Assembly: GCA_944371305.1 (NCBI GenBank)
Contig: CALVXM010000002.1
Coordinates: forward strand, 34,661 to 98,660
Length of the DNA stretch: 64,000 nt
Direction: 5' to 3'
Source: an uncultured Bacilli bacterium
Lineage (GTDB): Bacteria > Bacillota_I > Bacilli_A > RF39 > UBA660
This document shows positions 10,083 to 20,039 of the stretch, one piece after another. The notes beneath the pieces were generated by a model. That model saw nothing but the letters and a program-made list of their open reading frames with translations. It was not told the origin of the DNA and searched no databases. The position numbers and the translations under genes are program-made. How positions within the stretch are numbered: position 1 is the first letter of the stretch; each line of letters begins with the position of its first letter.

Positions 10083-10826
10083 TTAATTTATTGGAAGAGC
10101 AAATGATGGAGAATTATTATTTAATCCATTAAGATAATAATTAGGAACATTACCTTGAATTAATTTTAAAGCTACTGGTATTGATGTGTCAATAGTTATC
10201 TTATCAGTAACAAATGGTAAAATTATTTGAATTGATAAATCTAAGACAACATTTACTTCAATTAAAGCATTATTAATTCCATAATCAGTTACTTGTGTAT
10301 TAACATAACTTGTTATATCTCCAACCAGACTAAATTTAACCGGAATTTTAGGGCCGATATTAGCTAAAAAAGAATTACCAAAAACAATTCCTGAAGGAAT
10401 TTCATAAATAATTCCTTGTTTTAATTTGTCTTGGTTATATTCGATCAAAGCTTCATTCGTTAAATTTAATAATTCTACTTTACCCTGTTCTAGATATTTT
10501 AAATTCGATTGAATCAAAGAAGTTGTTGAAGTCAACATTTGATTAACAACAACCGGATTAAAATCAATTGATTTTATCTCATCGCCTTCCTTAGTAATGA
10601 TAAACATATCATCAATATTGCTCTTCGCAACATTCTGATTGATTGCATCATTAATAATAATACTAGCTAATTTTCGAGATTCCATTTCCGCATAATCTAA
10701 CAATACTGGATTTACTTTTAAATTAATAAATTTAAAAGACAAAAATATAAAAATAATTAACAAAATCAAAATTATTATAAATTTATTAAACTTATGATGT
10801 TTTTTTAATTTAATTCTTTTTTTCAT
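10083..10826 (-). CDS. Sporulation protein YunB-like
   Basis: 247 aa with an N-terminal basic region and TM helix followed by a soluble domain. Size, topology and neighbourhood fit YunB. GGTGGAAAG RBS. Confidence 0.45.
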   Translation of the reverse strand: MKKRIKLKKHHKFNKFIIILILLIIFIFLSFKFINLKVNPVLLDYAEMESRKLASIIINDAINQNVAKSNIDDMFIITKEGDEIKSIDFNPVVVNQMLTSTTSLIQSNLKYLEQGKVELLNLTNEALIEYNQDKLKQGIIYEIPSGIVFGNSFLANIGPKIPVKFSLVGDITSYVNTQVTDYGINNALIEVNVVLDLSIQIILPFVTDKITIDTSIPVALKLIQGNVPNYYLNGLNNNSPSFALPIN

Positions 10827-10891
10827 CTTTCCACCAATACATTTTATGTATAAAAAAAACCTTTTAAAACATAATAAAAAAGGTGATAAAG

Positions 10892-11332
10892 TTGATTGAT
10901 AAAATAATGAGTAAAAATGTAATTGTCTTAGATGAGAATACTAATATTATAAAAATATCTAAAACCATGAAAGAAAATGATATTGGTATCATTCCAATAA
11001 GTAGAAACAAAAAAATAATTGGCGTCTTAACTGATCGTGATATTGTCACTAAAGTGCTAGCCAATAATGATGAAAAAATCAAGAATTATATAACAAAAAA
11101 AATAGTAAAAATTAATGTTGATTCTGATATAAATGAAGCTTTAGAAATAATGAAAAAAAATAAAATTAAAAGACTATTAGTTGAAAAAAATAATAAATTA
11201 GTAGGAATATTATCAATTTCCGATTTATTATATTATCAAAATGAAAAAATATTAGAAACTTTTAAAAATATCTATACAATTGATAAAAATAGTGATGAAT
11301 ATCATGTGGAAATTGATGAATTTGAATTATAA
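10892..11332 (+). CDS. CBS-pair domain protein
   Basis: Two tandem CBS motifs (VIVLDEN..IGIIPIS; KIVKINVD..RLLVEKNNKLVGILSISD). Start uncertain: TTG at 10892 (5 nt after GGTGA) or ATG at 10906. Confidence 0.7.
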   Translation: MIDKIMSKNVIVLDENTNIIKISKTMKENDIGIIPISRNKKIIGVLTDRDIVTKVLANNDEKIKNYITKKIVKINVDSDINEALEIMKKNKIKRLLVEKNNKLVGILSISDLLYYQNEKILETFKNIYTIDKNSDEYHVEIDEFEL

Positions 11333-11416
11333 ATTTATGTAAACAAATGTCAAAATCAGATTATTTCACATTCAAAAAATACAATATGTGCTACAATAAT
11401 TTTGGAGGTATTTGTA

Positions 11417-12442
11417 ATGAAATGTGTAGCAATTAAAGGCGTTAAACAATTTGAAATTAAGGAAATCGAAGAACCTAAATCAGAAAATGGTGAAGTTGTC
11501 ATCGATGTATTGAAAACAGGAATATGTGGTTCTGATATTCATTATTGGGTTTTAGGACAACCTATCGGTTTAGTAATGGGACACGAATATTGTGGAGTAG
11601 TCACTGACCCAGGGAGTCGACAAGATTTAAAAATCGGTGATCGGGTTACTGCTTTACCAATTTCCCCTTGTAATGAATGTCCAGCTTGTTTAACAGGAAA
11701 TCCACAGTACTGTAGACAAACATGGGCACATGCTACTGGATTGTCTTTAACAAACCCAGGTGGTTTAGCTCCTAAAATGAAAATTAGACCAGATATGGTA
11801 TTAAAAGTTCCAGATAATTTGAAAGATGAGGAAGTGGCAATGGTAGAACCAACAGCCGTTGGTCTACATGCTATCCATTTAGCTGACGTTAAAGTCGGTG
11901 ATAAAGTATTGGTTATAGGAGCAGGCATCATCGGTTTAGTTTCAGCAATGTTTGCCAAAATGGAAGGCGCTAGTTATGTTGCAATTAGTGAACCAAATGA
12001 AGCTAGAGCTAAAAGAGCTATTGAATTAGGGGTAGCTGACGAATGGTTTAACGCTAAAGACGAAAAATTAACCGAAAAACTACTATTCAAAACTAATGGT
12101 GGATTTGATTTGGCTGTTGATTGTTGTGGTAATTCTAAAGCTGTTAGTAGTGCTATTATGGCAGTTCATCCAGGTGGTAAAGTTGTCTTAGCTGGCGTTT
12201 CTATGACACCAGTTACTATTCCAACGGTAGTAGCAGTTATGAGTGAAATAACTATAATTAGTTCAATTGCTTATACTAAAGAAGAATTTCAAACTTGTAT
12301 CAATTTAATGGCTGATAAAAAAATAGACATGATGAAATTTGTTGATGAGATTGTCGATTTAGAACATGTACAACAATCTTATGAAAGATTAACCTTAGGA
12401 ACTGATAGCGCTGTTAAAATATTAGTAGATCCAAATAAATAA
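11417..12442 (+). CDS. Zn-dependent alcohol/polyol dehydrogenase (MDR family; threonine/sorbitol dehydrogenase-like)
   Basis: GICGSDIHYW and GHEYCGVV zinc-binding motifs, a structural-Zn cysteine cluster CNECPACLTGNPQYC, and a GxGxxG Rossmann motif. GGAGG RBS 8 nt before the ATG at 11417. Confidence 0.8.
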   Translation: MKCVAIKGVKQFEIKEIEEPKSENGEVVIDVLKTGICGSDIHYWVLGQPIGLVMGHEYCGVVTDPGSRQDLKIGDRVTALPISPCNECPACLTGNPQYCRQTWAHATGLSLTNPGGLAPKMKIRPDMVLKVPDNLKDEEVAMVEPTAVGLHAIHLADVKVGDKVLVIGAGIIGLVSAMFAKMEGASYVAISEPNEARAKRAIELGVADEWFNAKDEKLTEKLLFKTNGGFDLAVDCCGNSKAVSSAIMAVHPGGKVVLAGVSMTPVTIPTVVAVMSEITIISSIAYTKEEFQTCINLMADKKIDMMKFVDEIVDLEHVQQSYERLTLGTDSAVKILVDPNK

Positions 12443-12487
12443 ACATAATTCTTAATAAAACTATTATATTAGATATTGTCAAAGACC

Positions 12488-12518
12488 AAAAAAAGAACTA
12501 TTTCAAGTTCTTTTTTTA
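12488..12518. terminator. Bidirectional intrinsic terminator between the dehydrogenase gene and nrdG
   Basis: AAAAAAAGAACT-atttca-AGTTCTTTTTTT: a perfect 6-bp stem flanked by A and T runs. Confidence 0.6.
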
Positions 12519-12541
12519 GTTCTAATTCATTTTCTAATCTT

Positions 12542-13093
12542 TTATAAATACACAGCTGTTTTTTTCTTAAAATCATAATTTTTTTTATCTTTATATTTTT
12601 CAACTAAAATAACTTTATTTTCTTTTAAACTATTTTGAACATCAATAACTCTCTGATTTTCTGAACCTTTAAATTTTAAATCCAAACTTCGTTGCTCTAA
12701 AATAAATTTGCCATCTACTAAAACATCAACATAGTTTAAAAATTCGATTATTTTAGGATTATTTAAAGCTAATAACTGTTCAAACGTATAACCGGTATAA
12801 CACCACACATTAAGATTAATTTTTTTACAATATTTAACTATTTCTAAACAAGCATCTACTTGAAACAAAGGATCTCCACCTGATAAGGTAATTCCATCTT
12901 GTCCTTGAATACTATTTAATTCTTCTTTAATTTCCTCAAGATCAACCAAATATCCACCTTTAAAATCCCATGTTTCTTGGTTATGGCATCCTTTACAATG
13001 ATGTGAACAACCTTGTGTCCACAAAACGACCCTAATTCCTTCACCATCAACGATACTATCCGGTTGTAATGGAGCTGCTAATCTAATTTTCAT
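12542..13093 (-). CDS. nrdG: Anaerobic ribonucleoside-triphosphate reductase activating protein (radical SAM)
   Basis: CSHHCKGCHNQETW radical-SAM cluster motif. The start overlaps the stop of the upstream nrdD fragment (TAATG). Confidence 0.9.
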   Translation of the reverse strand: MKIRLAAPLQPDSIVDGEGIRVVLWTQGCSHHCKGCHNQETWDFKGGYLVDLEEIKEELNSIQGQDGITLSGGDPLFQVDACLEIVKYCKKINLNVWCYTGYTFEQLLALNNPKIIEFLNYVDVLVDGKFILEQRSLDLKFKGSENQRVIDVQNSLKENKVILVEKYKDKKNYDFKKKTAVYL

Positions 13094-13254
13094 TATGCGT
13101 TCTCGATATCTTTAGTACCATGTTTTACGCGATCACGTTCTTCTGCTCTTTTACCATCGTTAAAACGGTCTACTGTTCCAACTAAATATCCCGTAATTCT
13201 TCTAATTCTTTCAAATTTAACGCCTTCGCCTACTTTTTTTTCTTCTAATTTCAT
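13093..13254 (-). CDS. nrdD: NrdD C-terminal glycyl-radical domain fragment (53 aa), separated from the main nrdD ORF by one in-frame TAG
   Basis: MKLEEKKVGEGVKFERIRRITGYLVGTVDRFNDGKRAEERDRVKHGTKDIENA contains the class III RNR glycyl-radical signature RxxGY. It has its own AGGAG RBS 5 nt upstream and is in the same frame as the upstream ORF. Confidence 0.7.
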   Translation of the reverse strand: MKLEEKKVGEGVKFERIRRITGYLVGTVDRFNDGKRAEERDRVKHGTKDIENA

Positions 13255-13263
13255 AAATCTCTC

Positions 13264-15576
13264 CTACCTTCCATAATTAGTCAATGACATATTTTTAAGA
13301 GTTTCTACACTAACTCCCTCACAATCGTGACGTCCACAACCAGGACATACATCACCAATTACACCTGTATATCCACAAACTGGATCACGGTCAACTGGAT
13401 GATTAATAGCTCCATAACCGATACCTTCTTTATACATAATTCTAACTATTTTTTCAAATGCTTCTAAATTATTAGTAGTATCGCCGTCTAATTCGACATA
13501 AGTAATATGTCCAGCATTAGTTAAAGCATGATATGGTGCTTCGATATGAATTTTTTCTGAAGCAGTTATTTTATAATAAACAGGAACATGGAATGAATTG
13601 GTATAATATTCTCTATCGGTAATTCCTTTTAATTTACCATAAATAGCTCTATCAATATTAGTAAATCTTCCTGATAGTCCTTCAGCAGGAGTAGCTAATA
13701 AAGTAAAGTTTAAATTATATTTACTAGCATATTCATCGCATTTTTTACGCATAAAAGTAATAATTTCATAACCCAATTTACGTGCTTTTTCGTCCTCACC
13801 ATGATGTTTTCCAACCAAAGCTTTTAAACATTCAGCAAGACCAATAAATCCAATTGATAAAGTACCATGTTTATAAATTTTACGTAATCTATCGTTTGGT
13901 TTTAGTTTTTCAGAATCAAGCCATACACCACTTCCTAATAAGAAAGGGAAGTTGTAAGGTTTTTTAGTACATTGAAATTCAAATCTTTCTAATAATTGAT
14001 CCCTTACTAAATCCATTTTTTCTTCTAATTCAGCATAAAATCCTTTTAAATCAGTTTCATTATTACTTACAATACCATGTTTAATACCTAATCTAGGTAA
14101 ATTAATAGTTGTAAAAGATAAATTTCCGCGTCCTGGTGTAACTGCCTTATCAGGATCAACGACATTTCCTAAAACTCTAGTTCGACATCCCATATAACCA
14201 ACTTCAGTAGTATAATCACCTTTATAATATTGTTTGTTAAAAGGAGCATCCATAAATGAAAAATTAGGGAATAATCTTTTAGCTGATACCTTGCAAGCTA
14301 ATTTAAATAAATCATAATTAGGATCATCAACATCAAAATTTGTTCCTTTTCTAACCTTAAAAATAGAAATTGGGAAAATTGGTGTTTCACCTTTTCCTAA
14401 ACCTGCATCAGTAGCTAACAAATAATTTTCAATAACCATTCTTCCCTCGGCTGATGTATCAGTACCAAAGTTAATTGAAGAAAATGGTACTTGTGCTCCA
14501 GCTCGAGAATGCATAGTATTTAAATTATGAATAAACGCCTCCATTGCTTGATAAGTTATCCGGTCAGTCTTAGCCAAAGCTTTTTCGTAAGCCATCTTAA
14601 ACAATCTTTCAACTTCGCTTGAATCTTTAGCAAAATGATAAAAATCGCTAATATCAAATTCAATACTTTCTAACTTATCAATTTCTTTAGCAATATTATT
14701 CATATTAACAAATTTAGCAAAATCACTATAATCTAATAAATCAGCTATAGTTTGTTTAAATTGTTTTTTAAATGTATTTAATACACCAGGAGCCATATAA
14801 TAATCAAAAGCTGGAATACTTTGACCTCCATGTTGATCATTTTGATTTGATTGAATAGCAATTGCGGCCAAAGCACTATATGACATTATATCTTTAGGTG
14901 CTCTTAAATGACCATGTCCAGTCGAAAAACCATTTTTAAATAATTTTTCCAAATCGATTTGCATGCATGTTGTTGTTCCCATCGCATAAAAGTCCATATC
15001 ATGAACATGAATATCGCCACTATCATGAGCTTCACTGAATTTATATTTCATTAAATAAGCTTTACAGAACTCTTTAGAAACAGTACTTCCATATTGTAAC
15101 ATTGTTCCCATCGCTGTATCACCATCAACGTTAGCATTTTCTCTTTTAGCATCTTCTTCGTGAGCTGATTTTAAACCCAATCCTTCGATAGCTTTTAAAA
15201 ATTTATGTAATTGTTTTTCATCAGAAAACATTTTACGTGATAAATTTCTTCTTTCGCGATATTCTGAAAAACTTTCATACACATCTTGATAGCCTTTTTT
15301 CTTCAATTCTTCTTCAATCATATCTTGAATAGTTTCAATTTTAATCTTTTCTTCGTTAGCGTACTCTTTTTCAATTCTTTTTAAAACACCCTCATACACT
15401 TTATTAACATCTTTAGTAGTATATTTAAGTTCTTCACCAGTTTCCTCATCGATTTCATTAACACTATCAAAACCTTTTTTTATTGCCAAAGCAATTTTTG
15501 AACCATTAAAATCTACTTTCTTACCATTTCTTTTTACAACTTGCAAAGTTGCCACTTTTTCCTCAACGTCTATCAT
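13264..15576 (-). CDS. nrdD: Anaerobic ribonucleoside-triphosphate reductase NrdD (catalytic body, ends after the Zn-ribbon)
   Basis: 770 aa with an N-terminal ATP-cone, conserved class III RNR core, and a C-terminal Cys cluster CGYTG..CPGCGRHDC, then stop TAG (13266..13264). Confidence 0.9.
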   Translation of the reverse strand: MIDVEEKVATLQVVKRNGKKVDFNGSKIALAIKKGFDSVNEIDEETGEELKYTTKDVNKVYEGVLKRIEKEYANEEKIKIETIQDMIEEELKKKGYQDVYESFSEYRERRNLSRKMFSDEKQLHKFLKAIEGLGLKSAHEEDAKRENANVDGDTAMGTMLQYGSTVSKEFCKAYLMKYKFSEAHDSGDIHVHDMDFYAMGTTTCMQIDLEKLFKNGFSTGHGHLRAPKDIMSYSALAAIAIQSNQNDQHGGQSIPAFDYYMAPGVLNTFKKQFKQTIADLLDYSDFAKFVNMNNIAKEIDKLESIEFDISDFYHFAKDSSEVERLFKMAYEKALAKTDRITYQAMEAFIHNLNTMHSRAGAQVPFSSINFGTDTSAEGRMVIENYLLATDAGLGKGETPIFPISIFKVRKGTNFDVDDPNYDLFKLACKVSAKRLFPNFSFMDAPFNKQYYKGDYTTEVGYMGCRTRVLGNVVDPDKAVTPGRGNLSFTTINLPRLGIKHGIVSNNETDLKGFYAELEEKMDLVRDQLLERFEFQCTKKPYNFPFLLGSGVWLDSEKLKPNDRLRKIYKHGTLSIGFIGLAECLKALVGKHHGEDEKARKLGYEIITFMRKKCDEYASKYNLNFTLLATPAEGLSGRFTNIDRAIYGKLKGITDREYYTNSFHVPVYYKITASEKIHIEAPYHALTNAGHITYVELDGDTTNNLEAFEKIVRIMYKEGIGYGAINHPVDRDPVCGYTGVIGDVCPGCGRHDCEGVSVETLKNMSLTNYGR

Positions 15577-15954
15577 AACTTACCTCAACTTTCTATTTTC
15601 ATTATAGTATTAATAACAACAAATGTCAAACAAAAATTCACATTTTTTAAAAAAATATTTTTACTAAAAATTTATTTTTTTAAAAATCCCTTTATTTTAA
15701 ATAATTTAATTTCTGAATTAATTTTAAATTAATCAAATTTGATATATTTGCTTAATTTCATTTTAAATTCAAGCAATATTCAAATAAATTAATTTTTTGT
15801 TAATATAAATAAAATAAATTTTTTTTAATTTTTGAAAAAAATTAAAAAAAGAATTTTTTTATTTTTACTTATTTTTTTCAAAATACAAAGCAAACCGATT
15901 AACAAACATTTTTTTGCTTTTAATAAATATACTTATATTATAATATACTTTAAT

Positions 15955-16323
15955 ATGAAAAAAAACGAATTAGAAGTAGTAAATGCTCAATTTTTAATTT
16001 CTAGTTTATTATTAATCACTTTGATTATTTCTTTTAGTTTGCTTTTTGATGAAAAAAAACGAATTTTAACAGGAAAAAGACTTTTTCCTAATAGTTATAA
16101 ATATATAAATTTATTTAATAAAGTTTTATTCGTATTTGTCTTGATATACAGTTTAGGAGTAAACTATATACAATATGAACAAAATAAAAAAGGAAACTCA
16201 GTTCCTTTTAAAAATCAAGTATACGCTTCCATATTCAATTTAATCGGTGGAATCATCATTTTATATGTGGTTATACAAACATGGAATAATGATGAGGTTG
16301 CCAGCTTAGAAAACACTACCTAA
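15955..16323 (+). CDS. Hypothetical small membrane protein
   Basis: ORF from the ATG at 15955 (MKKNELEV...) has 3-4 predicted TM helices and no recognisable family. The upstream part of the track ORF is low-complexity AT-rich sequence. Confidence 0.35.
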   Translation: MKKNELEVVNAQFLISSLLLITLIISFSLLFDEKKRILTGKRLFPNSYKYINLFNKVLFVFVLIYSLGVNYIQYEQNKKGNSVPFKNQVYASIFNLIGGIIILYVVIQTWNNDEVASLENTT

Positions 16324-17197
16324 TCTTAAAATTATTAATAATAATACGATTAACAACAACATATATGATAAGCAAAAAAACACCTGAAAAACTCACTAAC
16401 ACCCCTATTTTAAACCAAATTGTTAACAAAATAGTTATAAAAGGAGCTGCTAATGCTTTCATACTTTCAATATTAGAAATTATCAAATTACTAATCAAGC
16501 TGTTCATAGATCCTAATAAGACAAATAAAACACCTGAAATAATCATGGCAATTGAAAAATATTTTAGAGGTTTGTAAATAGACCAAGTGCCAACTACCAT
16601 AACTAAAAATAAAAAAGCAATTGCAATATACAAATATATCGATTTAAAATTTAAAAATGATCTAATTGAAGAAATTGGTAAATTACCAAACATCTGTTGA
16701 CTATCTGGAACAATTTCAATCAATTTATTACAATAGTTAAAAACATATTCTTTCAACTCTTCTTTTTCCAACATAATATTAATATGATTATCTAAAGATT
16801 CATTGGCAATATCAATCATTTTGTTAACAGCATCCAAAGATAGTTGTGGTTTATTTTCTCCATTCACCAAATAATCAATAGTTTTACTAAAAAAATCACC
16901 TAAAATAAAATTAATCTCTTCGCTTTTTAATATATCATCAACTATCTCTTGAGGAATATTACTATCAATTCCCAAATTATATATCTTTTCTTCTAAAGTT
17001 ATACCACTTTCTTCAAGGTTAAATATCAAATTTACATCCATATTCATTATCTCAGCACTTTTAATATAATCTGATAAATTATCTCTATTAATTAGACTTT
17101 TACCAGAATGCAGCAATATAGTAGCAATAATTAAAAGTAAAATTAATAATGAACTACAGACGGCCAAGGCTTTACCCAATAATTTTAAAAAGTTCAC
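16316..17197 (-). CDS. Hypothetical polytopic membrane protein
   Basis: 293 aa with N- and C-terminal TM segments. GTG start preceded by AGGAGG. No family recognised. Confidence 0.4.
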   Translation of the reverse strand: MNFLKLLGKALAVCSSLLILLLIIATILLHSGKSLINRDNLSDYIKSAEIMNMDVNLIFNLEESGITLEEKIYNLGIDSNIPQEIVDDILKSEEINFILGDFFSKTIDYLVNGENKPQLSLDAVNKMIDIANESLDNHINIMLEKEELKEYVFNYCNKLIEIVPDSQQMFGNLPISSIRSFLNFKSIYLYIAIAFLFLVMVVGTWSIYKPLKYFSIAMIISGVLFVLLGSMNSLISNLIISNIESMKALAAPFITILLTIWFKIGVLVSFSGVFLLIIYVVVNRIIINNFKIR

Positions 17198-17268
17198 ACC
17201 TAAACCTCCTAATTATAGTATTAATATACCATAAAAACTATATTTAGGCAAGAAAAAAAGACGAGTAA

Positions 17269-18033
17269 TTAAACTCCAACTTTATGAAAATCTAGTCGCA
17301 ATTTATCAGCGATAGTTACAATAAATTCTGAATTAGTTGGCTTAGCTCTATCTATATCGACACTATGACCAAAAATCGTTTCCATAAGCTTAATATCGCC
17401 ACGATTCCAACTAACTTCGACAGCATGTCTAATTGATCTTTCAACACGTGATACAGTAGTATTATATCGATTAGCTAACTCTGGATATAATTCTTTTGTT
17501 ATCCCACCTATGATATCTGGATTTTCAAATAACATATTAACTGCATCTCTTAAAAATTGATAACCTTTAATATGAGAAGGAATTCCTAAGTCGTGTAGCA
17601 ATTTGCTAATAGAAATTTGTAAATTACTATTATAAAAATCAATACTTTTATCATCTTTTTTCTTAAAAACATCATATATTTTCTTTTCTAAATCATCCAA
17701 ATCAAAAGGTTTTAAAATAAAATAATTAACATCATATTCTGAAACCTCTCTAATCACTTCGCTAGCATTATAACTAGTTTCAACAATTACTTTTTTATCA
17801 ATATTATTAACTTTCATCTGTTCTAAAACATAAATACCATCTTTTTTAGGCATAATTAAATCTAATAAAATAATATCGAATTCATCAGTTTTTGTTTTAA
17901 TTAATTCCATTCCTTGTAATCCATCATAAGCTTCTAACACCACATTAACTTCTTCATTATTTTTAAAATATTCTTTTACAGCATCAATCAATTTGATATT
18001 ATCATCAATCATTAAAATTCTTATGTTCTTCAT
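17269..18033 (-). CDS. spo0A: Stage 0 sporulation master regulator Spo0A
   Basis: Receiver domain (IMIDDN...D..LDLIMP) plus the Spo0A-specific C-terminal DNA-binding domain (HIKGYQFLRDAV, TTVSRVERSIRHAVEV, KPTNSEFI). Confidence 0.95.
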   Translation of the reverse strand: MKNIRILMIDDNIKLIDAVKEYFKNNEEVNVVLEAYDGLQGMELIKTKTDEFDIILLDLIMPKKDGIYVLEQMKVNNIDKKVIVETSYNASEVIREVSEYDVNYFILKPFDLDDLEKKIYDVFKKKDDKSIDFYNSNLQISISKLLHDLGIPSHIKGYQFLRDAVNMLFENPDIIGGITKELYPELANRYNTTVSRVERSIRHAVEVSWNRGDIKLMETIFGHSVDIDRAKPTNSEFIVTIADKLRLDFHKVGV

Positions 18034-18114
18034 AAATTCTCCTTCTATAATACTGCTGTATTTAAATTATATAATATTTGCCTATGTTTTTCTAGAGCAA
18101 ATATTAGCTAATTT

Positions 18115-18121
18115 TGTCGAA
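18115..18121. promoter_or_regulatory. Candidate 0A box (TGTCGAA) about 80 bp upstream of spo0A
   Basis: Exact match to the Spo0A-binding consensus 5'-TGTCGAA-3' within TTTTGTCGAAAAG in the spo0A upstream region. Autoregulation of spo0A is established in Bacillus. Confidence 0.4.
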
Positions 18122-18141
18122 AAGATAAAAAAATCACCGTT

Positions 18142-18825
18142 TCAAAGACTATCGATGATTTTTTTTAAATGTTCACAATCTGTCGAAGCTTTTCCAATTA
18201 AAAAACCTGATAAATTATCTATATTTTTCAAAATATTTATATTATCTTTATCGACGCTACCGCCGTATATTATTTTAGCATTTTGCGAACATTTTTCATA
18301 TAAAATTGTTTGAATAAAGTCAATTGTAGTCTGAATTTCATTATTAGTAGGCGTAATGCCTGTTCCAATACACCAAATTGGTTCATAAGCAATTATTACA
18401 TTACTTAAATCATTTACATTTTCTAAAGCTGATAACAATTGTTTTTTGATTATTTTTTCTTTATTTTCTCCTTTTTTTTCGCCTATACACAATATAACAT
18501 TTATATTTTTTTCTAAAGCTTTTACTATTTTTTTATTTATTTGTGAATCTGTTTCGTTTTGTTCATATCTTCTTTCACTGTGGCCAACAATAACATAGCT
18601 AATACCTATTTCTTTAGCTTGTTCAGCAGTTATTTCACCAGTATGAGCTCCATTATCATAACAAGAAATATTTTGGAGTCCCACTTTATAATTATGATTT
18701 AAAAAATAGGGAACATATATTGCACTAGGGCACAATATTACATTATCAGTTATTTTATCAACATAATTTTTGACATCTTGATAAGTCATATACGCTTTTA
18801 AATTACCAATTATTATTTTATTCAT
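18142..18825 (-). CDS. tpiA: Triosephosphate isomerase
   Basis: Motifs NLKAYM, VGHSERR, IAYEPIWCIGTG and GGSV. The ATG at 18825 has an AAAAAGGAAGAT RBS; the longer track ORF would overlap the upstream gene. Confidence 0.85.
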   Translation of the reverse strand: MNKIIIGNLKAYMTYQDVKNYVDKITDNVILCPSAIYVPYFLNHNYKVGLQNISCYDNGAHTGEITAEQAKEIGISYVIVGHSERRYEQNETDSQINKKIVKALEKNINVILCIGEKKGENKEKIIKKQLLSALENVNDLSNVIIAYEPIWCIGTGITPTNNEIQTTIDFIQTILYEKCSQNAKIIYGGSVDKDNINILKNIDNLSGFLIGKASTDCEHLKKIIDSL

Positions 18826-20038
18826 TATTATCTTCCTTTTTACCAAATAATTTTTTAAAAAAGCTTTTTTTCTTTTTCTTGTTCTTTATAGCTTTCTTAT
18901 ATACTTCTAAAACTTTTGAAGCGAATACTTTATAAGAATACTTTTGGCTACTTTCAAATGCATTAATAGACATTTCTTCTAATCTTTTTAAATCATTTGA
19001 TAAATCTACAATATATTTTATATATTGTCGTTTATTTTCAAATAAAAAACCATTTTTATCATCATCAATAGGATCTAAAAAACTATCATCTTTAATAGCA
19101 ACTACTGGAATCGAAGCAGCCAAAGCTTCTAATACTGTTAAACCTTGAGTTTCCGTTTTAGAAGCAGTAACAAAAATATCCCCCAATTTATAGTATAAAC
19201 CAATATCTTTTAAAGGAACTTTGCCAGTAAATATGACGTAATCATCTATTTTATTTTTTCTTACCAATTTTTCTAAATTATCACGTTCAGGACCATCACC
19301 AACTATCATCAATTTACAATTTGGATTTTTTTTAATGATTGCCTTATGATTTTCAATTAAAAAATCAACACTCTTTTCAAGGCCCAATCTACCGACAAAC
19401 AATAAAATAATATCATTATCCCTAATTTTTAAAGATTGTTTTAATTTGTTTATTTTATCTTCACTATATTTTTTGCTATACTTTTCAATTTCAATACCTG
19501 TAGGTACAATATGAACATTTCTTTTTACTTTGTATTTTTCTTTGAATAAATCACTAGTTTTTTTTGTTGGAACAATTAATTCTGTAACCGTAGTATCACA
19601 ATAAAATAGAGTTAAATGTTCAGCTATTTTCTTAGCAGTTTTATCAAAATGACCTTTAGTTATATAATGAACATAATCCTCATACATAGTATGATAAGTA
19701 TGAACTAATGGAATATTAAATTGTTTAGCAATAATTCTTGCAAAAGTTCCAATTCCAAATTCTGTTTGAGAATGAATAACATCTAAATTCCAATTTTTAA
19801 TGGTTTTTATTGCCCTAGCTGGATATATACTTGTTAAACGATAATCAAAAATTCCAACTGGTACACCAGGAATTCTTAAAATTTTATCACCATATTCATA
19901 TTTCAAACTACTAGGATTAACTGTTACAATATAAACTTTATGTCCTTTTTTTTCTAATCCTTTTCTCAACATTTCAATGCTAGTTGATACCCCATTTATT
20001 AAAGGAATATAAGTATCTGAAAAAATTCCTATCCGCAT
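18818..20038 (-). CDS. Family 4 glycosyltransferase (lipid/diacylglycerol glycosyltransferase-like)
   Basis: GT-B fold: the N-terminal GT4 acceptor domain starts MRIGIFSDTY, and the C-terminal glycos_transf_1 domain carries an E..E-like motif (TETQGLTVLEALAASIPVV). Confidence 0.8.
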   Translation of the reverse strand: MRIGIFSDTYIPLINGVSTSIEMLRKGLEKKGHKVYIVTVNPSSLKYEYGDKILRIPGVPVGIFDYRLTSIYPARAIKTIKNWNLDVIHSQTEFGIGTFARIIAKQFNIPLVHTYHTMYEDYVHYITKGHFDKTAKKIAEHLTLFYCDTTVTELIVPTKKTSDLFKEKYKVKRNVHIVPTGIEIEKYSKKYSEDKINKLKQSLKIRDNDIILLFVGRLGLEKSVDFLIENHKAIIKKNPNCKLMIVGDGPERDNLEKLVRKNKIDDYVIFTGKVPLKDIGLYYKLGDIFVTASKTETQGLTVLEALAASIPVVAIKDDSFLDPIDDDKNGFLFENKRQYIKYIVDLSNDLKRLEEMSINAFESSQKYSYKVFASKVLEVYKKAIKNKKKKKSFFKKLFGKKEDNNE

Positions 20039-20039
20039 T

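Noticed and set aside
15577-15954. NrdR boxes upstream of nrdD
   Set aside because: The ~380-bp AT-rich region was inspected for tandem 16-bp ACACWATATATWGTGT-like palindromes. Only weak partial matches were found (for example TCAAATTTGATATATTTG). It is not reportable without a PWM scan.
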